A stretch of 27,814 bases of DNA from Candidatus Woesearchaeota archaeon (GTDB lineage Archaea; Nanobdellota; Nanobdellia; Woesearchaeales; UBA10216), in assembly GCA_016180145.1 (NCBI GenBank), contig JACPBT010000007.1, positions 1 through 27,814 of the forward strand, in the 5' to 3' direction. How positions within the stretch are numbered: the stretch's first letter is position 1; each line of letters opens with the position of its first letter. Made by a program: the position numbers and the translations under genes. The notes under the pieces are model-generated. The model worked only from the letters and a program-made list of their open reading frames with translations. It did no database searches and was not told where the DNA came from. Positions 1 through 10,039 of this stretch are shown one piece after another.

Positions 1-1
1 A

Positions 2-1210
2 GCCCTGTTTCAGTTCTTTTATCAGCTCCCAAATATACTTTCCCTTTCCGGATTTTTCTCCCTGCAATCCAACAACCACACTGATACAGGGATACTTGGC
101 AGCAAAGAATTTTAAACTTGTAGTATCGTGTTCTTTAAATTTATACTTTGCTTCAAGGGCATAGAGTTTCTTGCCAGAAACGATAAAGTCAACTTCTTGT
201 TTATTCACGGTTCTCCAGAAATGAATGTCATTGCCTGACTTCAGCAACTCCAGAAAGACAAAGGTTTCAAAGGCATTTCCTAAAATAACTTGGGGGAACT
301 CTTTCAGCCAGAGCAAATGCATCAATCCCGTGTCCAGCATAAAAACTTTAGGATTTTTCGTTAGTTCGCTGCGGGTGTTTTTATGAAAGGGAGTTATTCG
401 CTTCAGGATAAAAGTGTTCTCCAGCAAATCCACATAGGTTCTCAGAGTCTCTTGGTTTATTCTTAGAGTATTTGAGAGTTCAGAGATGTTCAATAACTGC
501 CCGGATTGTGAGGCTATTACCTCCAGTAATTTGTTAAATGAAGAAATATTTCGTATATTGCCAATATCCCGAATATCTTTTCTGACATAGGCGTTAATAA
601 TCTGCGACAGGTATATTTTCTTCTTTTCTTCTGATGGCTCTAAGACGATTTGAGGAAAACCTCCAAATTTGATATACTCTTCAGCCAAAGATACCAACTC
701 ATCATTTATTGCTTTGCTGTTTTCTGCCCGAAGAACATATTTTTTCTCTTTGAATAGCAAGAATTCTTCAAAACTAAGCGGATACAGCACAAAGGCAACC
801 ATCCTTCCGGCGAGACTTTCCTTAAACTTCCTCTTCATTTCAAATGTGGAAGAGCCGGAAAGCAGTAATTTTACCTGGGGGTAATGATCATGGAAGATTT
901 TTATCAAGCGAGTCGGCTCATCCAAGTATTGCACTTCATCAATGAGCAGATATATTTTTTTCTGCCCATCAGCACCTTTTTGGAGAAGATACTGATATAC
1001 TTCTTCTGCCCCCTGGTTACAGACATCCAACAATTCTCTGAGTTCCAAGTCAAAATAGAAGACATTTTCCCTTAGGTGTACGTCTATCAAATACTTTAAC
1101 AAAGAGGTTTTCCCTACCTGCCTGGCGCCCATGATAACTATTGCTTCCGGGGAATGGAGGTATTTAGTTACGTGCGCAGCCAGCTTTCTCTCATATATTT
1201 TATTTAACAT
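2..1210 (-). CDS. ATP-binding protein, AAA_14 + DUF4143 family (runs off the left edge, 3' end missing)
   Basis: Hand translation from ATG 1210 is open to the window edge: MLNKIYERKL...IMGARQVGKTSLL (Walker A), LLIDEVQY (Walker B), LLSGSS, SLAGR, YIKFGGFP, NPKVFMLDTG, FETFV, FWRTVNKQEVDFI, LEAK. It is absent from the ORF track because there is no stop in the window. Confidence 0.9.
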   Translation of the reverse strand, partial: MLNKIYERKLAAHVTKYLHSPEAIVIMGARQVGKTSLLKYLIDVHLRENVFYFDLELRELLDVCNQGAEEVYQYLLQKGADGQKKIYLLIDEVQYLDEPTRLIKIFHDHYPQVKLLLSGSSTFEMKRKFKESLAGRMVAFVLYPLSFEEFLLFKEKKYVLRAENSKAINDELVSLAEEYIKFGGFPQIVLEPSEEKKKIYLSQIINAYVRKDIRDIGNIRNISSFNKLLEVIASQSGQLLNISELSNTLRINQETLRTYVDLLENTFILKRITPFHKNTRSELTKNPKVFMLDTGLMHLLWLKEFPQVILGNAFETFVFLELLKSGNDIHFWRTVNKQEVDFIVSGKKLYALEAKYKFKEHDTTSLKFFAAKYPCISVVVGLQGEKSGKGKYIWELIKELKQG

Positions 1211-1326
1211 AGTATATAAATTATTTGATTTTTAATATACCATATCATGCTTTTATTTATAAATCTTTTGGTTTTGCCGGTTTTACAACTCATACCGCTT
1301 TCAATGTCATAAGCAGTTCTACAAAC

Positions 1327-2139
1327 TCACCTGCGCCCAGACAGCGTGTTAAAATAATTCCTCACAAGCTCCAAATCCTCCTTAGGAATGGACTCCTCAT
1401 AGCCCTCAGCAGCAACGGCAACAGCCTCAACAGGATAAGAGTCGGAAAAAGAAAGCTCCTCAACATCGCCAACATCCCTGATGGAAAGCTCTGTGCCGGC
1501 AGGCTTCAACCTGACCTTAATTTCATCATTCCCAAGCTTAGCAATAGCAGGAGCGCCGTAAATGTCACCGCCTACCTTCTTAACACCGGAATCCTCAGAA
1601 CCGACAGAAACCCGAATCTTAGAGCCGCCGGACTCAGGGCCGAAAGGGCTATCACCCCCAACATCCTGAGCCTTATCAACAATATTAAAATTGAAGTCAA
1701 GAATGCCAAAAGACACAGGAGAAAGAAGCAAAATAACAAAACACAACGCAACAATAACAATGGACTTGAGGTAGATACGCTTCTCATTAACAAAAGCCGC
1801 ATCCTCAACTCCCCTAAGGTCAGAAAGAACCTCAGAATGAAGCTCCCTCACAACCCGGTTATCAGCATCAGCATACTCAGCAGCAGTCCTCAGCTTCTCA
1901 TTAAGATTACGATACCTCTGCTCAACCATGCGAATCTTGCTGATGCGCAAACGCCTCCGCAAAACAAAGAAAAAATAAGCGGCGGAAACAACAAGCGGAT
2001 AAACCAAGGGCAAATCAAAAAAAGCCAAAACAACAAAAAAAACAAGAAAAACAAGAATCGCATTGATAACAGTATCAAAAACAATCAGCCGATTAAGCGT
2101 ACTCCTGATTTCCGCAACAGCGCCCTTAAAGCTCTTCAT
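1327..2139 (-). CDS. Membrane protein of the VWA/BatA operon (DUF4175-like C-terminus)
   Basis: 270 aa with three hydrophobic segments and the C-terminal motif IPKEDLELVRNYF. Last gene of a tightly packed co-directional cluster. Confidence 0.7.
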   Translation of the reverse strand: MKSFKGAVAEIRSTLNRLIVFDTVINAILVFLVFFVVLAFFDLPLVYPLVVSAAYFFFVLRRRLRISKIRMVEQRYRNLNEKLRTAAEYADADNRVVRELHSEVLSDLRGVEDAAFVNEKRIYLKSIVIVALCFVILLLSPVSFGILDFNFNIVDKAQDVGGDSPFGPESGGSKIRVSVGSEDSGVKKVGGDIYGAPAIAKLGNDEIKVRLKPAGTELSIRDVGDVEELSFSDSYPVEAVAVAAEGYEESIPKEDLELVRNYFNTLSGRR

Positions 2140-2145
2140 TTTTCA

Positions 2146-2649
2146 TCAGCACTTATCATAAGCAGGGTCAATCTGCTTCTGAAGCTTGCAATTGTCAGCG
2201 CGAAGTATCCTAAGCTTATCATTCTGCGAAAGGATATTACTGTCAAGCATGGCAATGGTTTCCTTATCCTTATCAATAGTGAACCGGGCTTCAGAAAGCG
2301 ACCTCTGAGTCTTAGCAAGAACATCAAGAGCCTCAGAAAGCTGGCTCTTTGTATCAGAAAGCTCAGAATCAAGCTTCTCCTTCTCACCACTCAACTCAGA
2401 ATAAAGAGAATCAAGCTTAACCTTATCGGTAGACCTAATGTTAAGCTCAGTAGTTGTTCGGTTAAGCTCCTGAAGCTTTGCAGTAAAATTACGACTAACC
2501 TTACTCAGCTCATCAGAAGCAACCTCATAGCTCTGGGAAATATTGCGGTAATTGCTCTGGTAAAAAGTTGTAAGGATTACAAGGGAAAGCAGAACAACAA
2601 GTACCAAAACCATCAAAAGCATATTAACACGCCGACTCATATACGCCAT
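2146..2649 (-). CDS. Membrane-anchored coiled-coil protein
   Basis: One N-terminal TM (MLLMVLVLVVLLSLVILTTFY) followed by a heptad-rich helical region. Start uncertain (ATG 2649 or 2640; the track uses 2664). Confidence 0.7.
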   Translation of the reverse strand: MAYMSRRVNMLLMVLVLVVLLSLVILTTFYQSNYRNISQSYEVASDELSKVSRNFTAKLQELNRTTTELNIRSTDKVKLDSLYSELSGEKEKLDSELSDTKSQLSEALDVLAKTQRSLSEARFTIDKDKETIAMLDSNILSQNDKLRILRADNCKLQKQIDPAYDKC

Positions 2650-2674
2650 TTCAAACACGACCAATACAATTCAA

Positions 2675-5056
2675 CTATTTAATTCTTCCCTCCTTCAAAC
2701 GCCTGAAAGCAACATCTCCCAAAAAGACAAGCAAAGCAAGCAAAAGAAAAACCCAAGAGTAAGACACAGGCTCAGTGACAACGCGCCGCGAATCAGCCCT
2801 AACCTTATCAACAATAGCACCAACATCATCAACACCAAACATCCTCCCCCCTGTAACAGAAACCTGCCTCTCAAGCTCAGCGCTCACCCCCAGAGAAGCA
2901 TACTCAAACTCATAATTAACAGCGGCAACAACGCCAAGAAAATGCTGCAAACCAGTGCCATCCGGAGTGAAGGATGCTGAATAAAGGCGCTTGCCAACCT
3001 TAGCAAACTTCAAACCCTCAGCAACAGGAAGGCTGCCAGAAACAACATTAACAGCCATCTCATCACCAAGAAATATGTCCTTAGCATCAACATCAAAATC
3101 CTTCTTCCTGCCCAAATCACCAACAGCCCAATTGACAGCACGGGTAACCAAAACAGAATTATCCCTGCCAAAAAGCTGAGGCGCCCACGAAGAGCCGTCA
3201 TCAGTGGAAAAAGCCGCAATACGCCCAAGACCAAGCCTTGAAACAGAAAGCACAGGACTATTCCGGGCAGTGGAAACAAGCAAATCAGCAGAAGGCTTGG
3301 GAACAACCTGATTATAACCACTAATACTCCCGGAAAGCCTCACACCAGAAGTAATGAAATGATGCCCATTAAGAACCTCAAGAGGAAAATCAGAAACGCC
3401 AGCAGAAACGCCATCCTCAGCAGAGCCGAAAACTATACTCAGACGCTCAAGCTCCTTAGGCTCAAAATAATAACCATTGCCCGCATTTGCAAGAGCCTGC
3501 ATATGCTCCCTATTAGTGCTTTCACCAACGCCAATAGTGAAAAGCTTAATGCCAAGATTTGAGGCGATTTCAGAAGCCCTTAAGTCATCACCCTTATAGG
3601 CAGATTTACCATCAGAAAGAAGAATAATATACCTGCTGCCCTCCAAAGGAGCAAGAATACGGCGCGCAGCAACAATACCCTCACCAATAAGCGTGCCATC
3701 CCTGAAATCAAGCCGCGAAATCCTGCCCTTCAAATAATCCTCATTCCCAAGAACCTTCACCAAGTCAGAAACAAGGTAAGCCTCAGTGTTAAACGCAACA
3801 ACGGCAACCTTATCAGTCTTCCTAAGACTGTCAATAACACCAACAGCAAGAGCCTTCTCAACCTCCTCAACACTCGCAGACACACCCCTCCCAAAACCGC
3901 TCCCTGTGCTGCCGGAAATATCAATAAGCAGAACAATACTCACATCCTTCTGCACCTGCTCCTTCGGCCTCCCAACAATCACAGGAAGCATACCCTCAAA
4001 AACAGAACCCTTATAGCCACCCATATCATAAGAATTCCTGCCGCCAAAAACAACAAGGCCGTTGCCATCAATAACATACCTGCTTAACGCATCAGCATCA
4101 ATATCCTTGGCGGAAATGTCATTAAAAACAACAGCGCTAAAACTCTCCAAAGAAGAAGGTAAAGAGGAAACAGAAGCAGCATCATAAAGCGAATTGAAAA
4201 TATTTGACAAAGGAGTGGGGCTTTTACTCACCAAAAGAACCTTAGGCTTAGGCTCAACCTTAACCACCTTGTAAAAAACATTATTCTCACTGAAAAAGTC
4301 ATCCGTATCAATCTCCACCCTAATAACATGATAGCCCTCAGCAAACTGCCTTGAAACAGAAACAACAGCACTGCCGGAATAAGCATCACTGTGAACTTCC
4401 TCATCATCAACATAAACAACAAGACGATAACCCCTCATCCCACCAACCTGATTAACAACAACATCAAACACAGACTCATCAGCATTCGTGACAACCCTCG
4501 GCCCAATTACTGCAACAGAAGAATCATAATGCGAAGGCTCAAGGCTAACAGCGCTCACAGTGGAATTCAAAGAAGCAGCCAAAACAAGCATATCACCAAG
4601 ACTCCTACCCCCATTATTCCTCCCGTCAGTTACGACAAGAACATTATCATCACCCTCAACACCTGCAAGAAGCGAATCACCAATCGCAGAACGGCTTCCT
4701 GAACCAAGAGAGCGAACACGAACAGGGATACGAGCCTCAAGCTCCTTAATAAGGGCAGGAACGCCAGACGTATCAAGAACCTCCATAGAAGACGAGTTAT
4801 CAACGTAAACAGTCAAAGAAGGACTGCCCGACTTCACAAAGCTCCTCAATGAAAAAGGAGACGCAACCGCAACCAGCAGCAAAACAAAAACAAGAGAGCG
4901 AAGGAAAAGAACGACAAAACGCAAACGCAAACGAGCCCTCAAAGCAGAGGCGTCAAGGCGCTTGGACTTAACAAAATCGTGCCTGACAACCAAAGCAACC
5001 ACAACAAGAACAGGCACAATCAAAGCCAACGCAGCAGGATTCTGAAAGCCAACCAT
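2675..5056 (-). CDS. VWA domain membrane protein (two VWA domains plus a GATase1-like domain)
   Basis: MIDAS-like motifs VYVDNSSSM and LLIDISGSTG; ILLSDG and VVTDG acidic motifs; segment AVVFNDI...GNGLVVFGGRNSYDMGGY...MLPV; N- and C-terminal TM helices. Confidence 0.85.
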   Translation of the reverse strand: MVGFQNPAALALIVPVLVVVALVVRHDFVKSKRLDASALRARLRLRFVVLFLRSLVFVLLLVAVASPFSLRSFVKSGSPSLTVYVDNSSSMEVLDTSGVPALIKELEARIPVRVRSLGSGSRSAIGDSLLAGVEGDDNVLVVTDGRNNGGRSLGDMLVLAASLNSTVSAVSLEPSHYDSSVAVIGPRVVTNADESVFDVVVNQVGGMRGYRLVVYVDDEEVHSDAYSGSAVVSVSRQFAEGYHVIRVEIDTDDFFSENNVFYKVVKVEPKPKVLLVSKSPTPLSNIFNSLYDAASVSSLPSSLESFSAVVFNDISAKDIDADALSRYVIDGNGLVVFGGRNSYDMGGYKGSVFEGMLPVIVGRPKEQVQKDVSIVLLIDISGSTGSGFGRGVSASVEEVEKALAVGVIDSLRKTDKVAVVAFNTEAYLVSDLVKVLGNEDYLKGRISRLDFRDGTLIGEGIVAARRILAPLEGSRYIILLSDGKSAYKGDDLRASEIASNLGIKLFTIGVGESTNREHMQALANAGNGYYFEPKELERLSIVFGSAEDGVSAGVSDFPLEVLNGHHFITSGVRLSGSISGYNQVVPKPSADLLVSTARNSPVLSVSRLGLGRIAAFSTDDGSSWAPQLFGRDNSVLVTRAVNWAVGDLGRKKDFDVDAKDIFLGDEMAVNVVSGSLPVAEGLKFAKVGKRLYSASFTPDGTGLQHFLGVVAAVNYEFEYASLGVSAELERQVSVTGGRMFGVDDVGAIVDKVRADSRRVVTEPVSYSWVFLLLALLVFLGDVAFRRLKEGRIK

Positions 5057-6841
5057 CTAAAAATCCCCCCGGAACTTAACATAAAGCAGCTCAACAAAAA
5101 CAAGCAACAACGCAAAAACGGCAATCAAAACATCAAAATGCCTCGTTTCAGTAAAAGGAACAGACACGTCAGCAGAGGAAACATCCTCAGAAAAACGCCT
5201 GAACCCTGAACTGACTGAAGACTCCTGAACACTCAAAAGATTGGCAGCAACAGACCTGCCATCATAAGAATAAAAACCAGCCTTGTCAAAAAGAACACGG
5301 TCAGCCTTCAAAACACCAAGAGGCGTGCCCACATTCTGCTTCTGAACAACGCTAATCTGTCCCGTCTTCACATTAAAGCTTGACAAAGACTCAGCCCCAA
5401 CAAGAAAATGAACAAGCCTGCTCCAAAAAACAGGATAAGTAACAGAACTCTTAAAACTGCTGTAATCATCAAGCAAACCGTAATAAATAACCTTACCAGA
5501 ACCAAGCCCCGAAAGCGCAACAACAGGACTGCCACCCGCACTGACAAGAGTGACAGCGCCTTCCTTTGGCTTTGCAGTCAAATAAGCCTCATTAACACCA
5601 AAATCAACACCATCAGTAAAGAAATTGGTAACATTAACAAAATTAACAGAAGACTCGCCAACACCTGCCAACACAACAGGCAGAAAACCAATCTTAGGCA
5701 AATCCTTCTGCCCCACAATTATTACACTACTGCCATTGCTTACTGCACGCTCAATATCCCTGTAATAGCCAGGAAGCATAAGCTTAGGGTCAAACCGGCT
5801 CAAAACAATAACATCATAATCAAAACTATTCACAACAGGAGGCCTCGCAACATCCAGCCTAATACCAGAAGAAGCAGAGAGGGCAGCCTCCACATTGCTT
5901 GAATCCGCATTCGTTATAAGCAAAACCCTCGCCTTAAAACCATCAGGAACACTCACAAAAGCGGCATTATCCGCCTTAAACCCGTCATCAACAACAAGCT
6001 TCACCTCTGTAAGACCAGGCAATGTGTCAAAATAAAACTCATCCCACGAGCCGGCACCCAAAGACAAAACAGCCTCATCCTTCAGAGAATTACCATTAAC
6101 AACCTGAACCTTAACCTTTTCAGCCACATCATTAAAATTCCTAACAGAAACAGCAGTCAAAGAAGAAGCAGGAGAAACGCCAACAATCCCGACATTTGAA
6201 ACATTACCCGAAAAATCAAAAAAACGGACACGCGCATTCCTGGAAGCAGAACGCCTCGCAACAAACGGGTCAATACCCTCAGTCGCAATAAAATCACTCA
6301 AAACAACAATATCACCCTTATCAACAAGCTCCTTCGCAACAAGAATGGCATCACCCAAATTGGAAGTGGTATCCAAAGGCTTCAAAGAACGCAAAACAGA
6401 ACGCGCCTCCTCAGCACCACGAGACTCAAGAACAACACGAGGCACATTGGCAGCAAGAACAATACTAACCTTGCCATCAACAAGCTCCAAAGCCTTACCA
6501 ACAGCAGCCTCAAAACGGCTTGAAGAGCCATAATCAGACTGCATACTCGCAGAAGCATCCAAAACAATAACAGTCCTACCCCCACCAAATGAAGAGACAT
6601 CAGCAAAAAAACCCATAACAGAAAACGCAAGCAAAGAAAGAATCAGCAACTGAAGCAAAAACAGCAAATTACGAACAAGCTGCTGAAAAAAGGAATGAAA
6701 CCTCGTAACACCAGAATCCTTAACAAAAAACATCAAACTCGGAATAACCTGCTCCAAAGGCTTTGAACGCCTAAGATAAAGAATAACAAAAGGAACAAGA
6801 ACAAGAAACGCAAAACCACCAGCAACACGTTCAAAAGGCAT
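5057..6841 (-). CDS. BatA N-terminal domain + VWA domain membrane protein
   Basis: BatA-like start (LVLVPFVILYLRRSKP...IPSLMFF), MIDAS motif IVLDASASM, VLSDF, and a C-terminal TM. Its stop abuts the ATG of the next VWA gene. ATG 6841 is preferred over the track's TTG 6856. Confidence 0.85.
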   Translation of the reverse strand: MPFERVAGGFAFLVLVPFVILYLRRSKPLEQVIPSLMFFVKDSGVTRFHSFFQQLVRNLLFLLQLLILSLLAFSVMGFFADVSSFGGGRTVIVLDASASMQSDYGSSSRFEAAVGKALELVDGKVSIVLAANVPRVVLESRGAEEARSVLRSLKPLDTTSNLGDAILVAKELVDKGDIVVLSDFIATEGIDPFVARRSASRNARVRFFDFSGNVSNVGIVGVSPASSLTAVSVRNFNDVAEKVKVQVVNGNSLKDEAVLSLGAGSWDEFYFDTLPGLTEVKLVVDDGFKADNAAFVSVPDGFKARVLLITNADSSNVEAALSASSGIRLDVARPPVVNSFDYDVIVLSRFDPKLMLPGYYRDIERAVSNGSSVIIVGQKDLPKIGFLPVVLAGVGESSVNFVNVTNFFTDGVDFGVNEAYLTAKPKEGAVTLVSAGGSPVVALSGLGSGKVIYYGLLDDYSSFKSSVTYPVFWSRLVHFLVGAESLSSFNVKTGQISVVQKQNVGTPLGVLKADRVLFDKAGFYSYDGRSVAANLLSVQESSVSSGFRRFSEDVSSADVSVPFTETRHFDVLIAVFALLLVFVELLYVKFRGDF

Positions 6842-6863
6842 GAAAGAACACTGCAAACACAGC

Positions 6864-6876
6864 TTTTAAAAGGTTT
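6864..6876 (-). promoter_or_regulatory. Archaeal BRE/TATA promoter of the BatA-VWA operon
   Basis: Minus strand AAACC-TTTTAAAA, about 23 nt upstream of ATG 6841. Confidence 0.55.
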
Positions 6877-6926
6877 CTAAAAAAAATTGAGTAAATGCAG
6901 ACTACCATAACTACCAGCAGCAGCCA

Positions 6927-9035
6927 CTACTCCTTAGCCAAAGAATAAGTCGCACCCCTGCCCATACGGGTAGAAAGCCTGACACCATACTTAACCCGAA
7001 GCTCGCCCAATGCCAGCTTAACAGTAACAGCCTCAACAGGAAACTCTGAAAAACACAAAGCCTCCTGCAACAAATCGTTAAGGGTGAAAGCCATGCCCGG
7101 ATTCCTGCCAAAAAGATTCTCCAAAGCAGAAACAACCTGCTCACGCCTCTTAACGCCAAATGCGTGCTTAGCAACCTCATACCTGCCCGGGCGATTCCTA
7201 TCACCAGACTCAACAACACGCAAAACACCCAACTCAACAAAATACCTGAAATCGTTCCTTACAGACTCATCACTAAAAGAAACAGAGCCGCCAGCAGCAT
7301 TCTGCAAATTATCAAACGCATAACGCCACTCAACAGGCTTACCGGCATCTCCCACAAGCCCAAGAACCCTCTGACGGCGCACAGTAACATCATCAAGCGG
7401 AGCCGGAGAAACACCGGAACCAACAAGAGCGTAATAAGGAAAATCCCTCTTCAATGCAGCACGGTGAACAAGCTCATCATTAACCAAATGCTCCAAAACA
7501 GTTCTCAACGAATCATCAGAAGGCTTTGAATCCTCACTGCCAGCCATGTGTTTCAGAATTTCAGCACGGATAAGATACCCCCTGCCATGCAAGGCAGCCA
7601 AAACAGCATCCTTATAATCAGGACGACTGCCATGATGCCCGGGAGCGGCAGACGCCTGCGGAACATTAACTGCACCTACCACAGGAGCAACAACAGACGC
7701 CTCAGCAACAGCAGAAGGCTGCCTGCGAACAATACTGCGAGAAGAAACCACACCAGACACAACAATATCAAGAGGAATGCCCAAATCAGAAAGCACACTC
7801 CTCCCATAACCATCAACAACAGCAGAGTTTACACGACTTGCCAAATCAGCAGCCTCGTCCAGACTGCGCGAGCCGGGCAAACTCAAGCTATAAACAAGAA
7901 CGCCATCACCCTCAGAAACCACAGGCACAGGCAAACCATGGCCTGCCCACTGCTGAACAAGCGCTGAAGCAATACGGCGCTCCAAAGGAAAAACAACCTC
8001 AACAACATAATCACCTGAAACCTTTCTTGACGCAACCATGAGCGGAATGCTGCCCAGCCTCGCATCCTTACGAAGCCGCAATCCTAAATCAATGATAGAA
8101 CTCTCACGGCGAACATCCTCAGAAACTGCCAAAAGCGCCTCCTTAAATCCTGCCAATGATGCAGAACGCGAAGCTTCATAAGAATCAATATAACGAGCTA
8201 CTTTTTCAGCATCATCCTTAATTCGGGAACGCATAAACTCGCTAAGGTTTTTTAAAACCTCCAAATCAGAACAGTTACGCCTATACTCTGCAAACTCAGC
8301 AACGTGAACAGCATCATAAGCAGAAGCCAACTCAGCATCAGAACTCCTCCGGCGAGTGCTGACAAGCCTCACTAATTCATCCTTAGAAGAAGCACTGACA
8401 GAACCAACACCAAACGAGCTCAACTTACCAAGCATAGCCTCAAGAGACATCAAAGGAGGGGGAAGCTCGCTGCCAATAAGCTTAAAAGAATCCACAACAG
8501 TCTGGGAAGCGGAAGCAATGTAAGCCATGAGCGCACCATAAGAATCATCAAACCTCCGCCTAGCAATCCTTACATGCGGCTCACGACGCTTCCCGCCAAG
8601 CTCGCGGCGGAGAGAGGCGAGAGAAGACTCTAAAGCTGCAACACGCCCGGAAGCCGCCTGTGCAGAAGCCATGCCCTCTGCCACAACCCTATCCAATTCG
8701 GAATCGTAAAGCCCAACTAACTCCTCAGCCTCATTCAAACGCCTAAGCAACTCCTCTGCACTTGGCAGAAGAACAGGCTCACTAACAACAACCTCACCAC
8801 CAACAGCAGAAGGAACAGGCTCAAAATTAAAAGGCTTTCCTTTATAGTCACTCATAAATTTAGTTAAATCGTCCTGAGAAACTCCTCCAACAAGAATGTA
8901 ATGACCGGCATCATGCATGACACGCGCAACAGCCCCATTAAGGACGAGATATTGTTTTAATTTATAGACCTCCCCCGGCTCAAAGCGCGGCGTTTCAAGC
9001 CTTACCCTAAACTCAAAAGACTTATCAGTTGCCAT
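6927..9035 (-). CDS. Hypothetical protein: coiled coil plus three C-terminal winged-helix-like repeats
   Basis: About 700-aa ORF with T/G-ending codons like its neighbours. It has a helical/coiled-coil core, an Ala/Pro/Val linker and three ~70-aa units ending in wing-like strands (FPYYAL, PGRYEV, GATYSL). Confidence 0.7.
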   Translation of the reverse strand: MATDKSFEFRVRLETPRFEPGEVYKLKQYLVLNGAVARVMHDAGHYILVGGVSQDDLTKFMSDYKGKPFNFEPVPSAVGGEVVVSEPVLLPSAEELLRRLNEAEELVGLYDSELDRVVAEGMASAQAASGRVAALESSLASLRRELGGKRREPHVRIARRRFDDSYGALMAYIASASQTVVDSFKLIGSELPPPLMSLEAMLGKLSSFGVGSVSASSKDELVRLVSTRRRSSDAELASAYDAVHVAEFAEYRRNCSDLEVLKNLSEFMRSRIKDDAEKVARYIDSYEASRSASLAGFKEALLAVSEDVRRESSIIDLGLRLRKDARLGSIPLMVASRKVSGDYVVEVVFPLERRIASALVQQWAGHGLPVPVVSEGDGVLVYSLSLPGSRSLDEAADLASRVNSAVVDGYGRSVLSDLGIPLDIVVSGVVSSRSIVRRQPSAVAEASVVAPVVGAVNVPQASAAPGHHGSRPDYKDAVLAALHGRGYLIRAEILKHMAGSEDSKPSDDSLRTVLEHLVNDELVHRAALKRDFPYYALVGSGVSPAPLDDVTVRRQRVLGLVGDAGKPVEWRYAFDNLQNAAGGSVSFSDESVRNDFRYFVELGVLRVVESGDRNRPGRYEVAKHAFGVKRREQVVSALENLFGRNPGMAFTLNDLLQEALCFSEFPVEAVTVKLALGELRVKYGVRLSTRMGRGATYSLAKE

Positions 9036-9126
9036 AGGAAAAAGGGAAGAATCCAAGACTAATAAAGCTTTTTATTACAACCACTATAAAGGCGTTAAAC
9101 ACTGCGGAAAGCAGGGAAAAGCACAG

Positions 9127-9348
9127 CTAAAAACGGCTCTTGCGCTTTTTCCTGAGAGAAGATTCCTCATCACTCTCAAAACCCTTGACAAAGCCCTCCT
9201 CCCGGGGGGAGATTTCCTCATCATCCTCCATGCGGTCACGCTCATCTGCCTCATAAATGTCATCCTCCTGCTCAGGGTCTTTAAAAGAGCGCTTCTCAGG
9301 GTAAACACCACTACCCCCATCTCCCTTCCTCACAGCCTTTTTTGCCAT
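9127..9348 (-). CDS. Small acidic hypothetical protein
   Basis: MAKKAVRK...EDDIYEADERDRMEDDEEISPREEGFVKGF; GAGGTG Shine-Dalgarno just upstream of ATG 9348, overlapping the rnhB stop. Confidence 0.7.
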   Translation of the reverse strand: MAKKAVRKGDGGSGVYPEKRSFKDPEQEDDIYEADERDRMEDDEEISPREEGFVKGFESDEESSLRKKRKSRF

Positions 9349-9359
9349 AACAAACCACC

Positions 9360-10013
9360 TCAAAATCCTTCAAGCCTCCTCTGGAACTTCATACCAAGCC
9401 GCTTCACATAAGGAGCCCACGACTTCCTGAAAATATCAGGAAAGCGCTCAAAATTCTCCTCCAAAAAGCGCACGGTCTTCGCATCCGAAAGGTAGCCGGA
9501 GCCGAAATCACCAACCCTTTTTTTAATGCTTTCTATTTCCGCATCACGGACAACCTTAGCAAGAATGGAAGCAGCAGAACACTCAACATGATTAACATCA
9601 GCCTTATGCTCAACAACAGCCTCAGTTTTCTTGTCCTCAACAAGCTTCATAAGGTATTGCCTGTAAGCCTTAACATTCGGACTGGGACAGTCAACAACCA
9701 CAGTGTCAGGCTTCAGCAAGTTGATTATATCAGCAGCCTTCAAAGCCTCAAGCCAGTTCAAATTAATGCTTTTTGAATTAACAGCAGAATCAATCTCAGA
9801 AGGAGGAATAACAACAACCCGGCAATCCTTCACAATACCCTTTATTTTACTGAAAAGAGCCTCACGCCTGCCAGGCGAAAGCAGCTTTGAATCCTTAGCG
9901 CCAACCCTTTTCAGCTCAACAGCGCCATCACCATCAGTAAGAACACCAACCATAACCAAAGGACCAATAATACAACCCCTGCCAGCCTCATCAATGCCAC
10001 ACACAAGAACCAT
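9360..10013 (-). CDS. rnhB: Ribonuclease HII
   Basis: GIDEAGRG..IGP, AKDSKLL, VVDC, EHKAD, AASILAKV.RD, GSGYLSD, and a C-terminal PIP-box-like QRRLEGF. Confidence 0.96.
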   Translation of the reverse strand: MVLVCGIDEAGRGCIIGPLVMVGVLTDGDGAVELKRVGAKDSKLLSPGRREALFSKIKGIVKDCRVVVIPPSEIDSAVNSKSINLNWLEALKAADIINLLKPDTVVVDCPSPNVKAYRQYLMKLVEDKKTEAVVEHKADVNHVECSAASILAKVVRDAEIESIKKRVGDFGSGYLSDAKTVRFLEENFERFPDIFRKSWAPYVKRLGMKFQRRLEGF

Positions 10014-10039
10014 AAGGAAAAAGATAACATGCAATGTTT

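Noticed and set aside
1225-2682. 485-aa plus-strand ORF
   Set aside because: It is an antisense shadow of two credible minus-strand genes. The T-poor plus strand has few stop codons, and the translation is low-complexity K/N/I/L.
9975-10000. RNase HII motif variant GRGC instead of GRGP
   Set aside because: The catalytic acidic residues are intact; this is a minor substitution.
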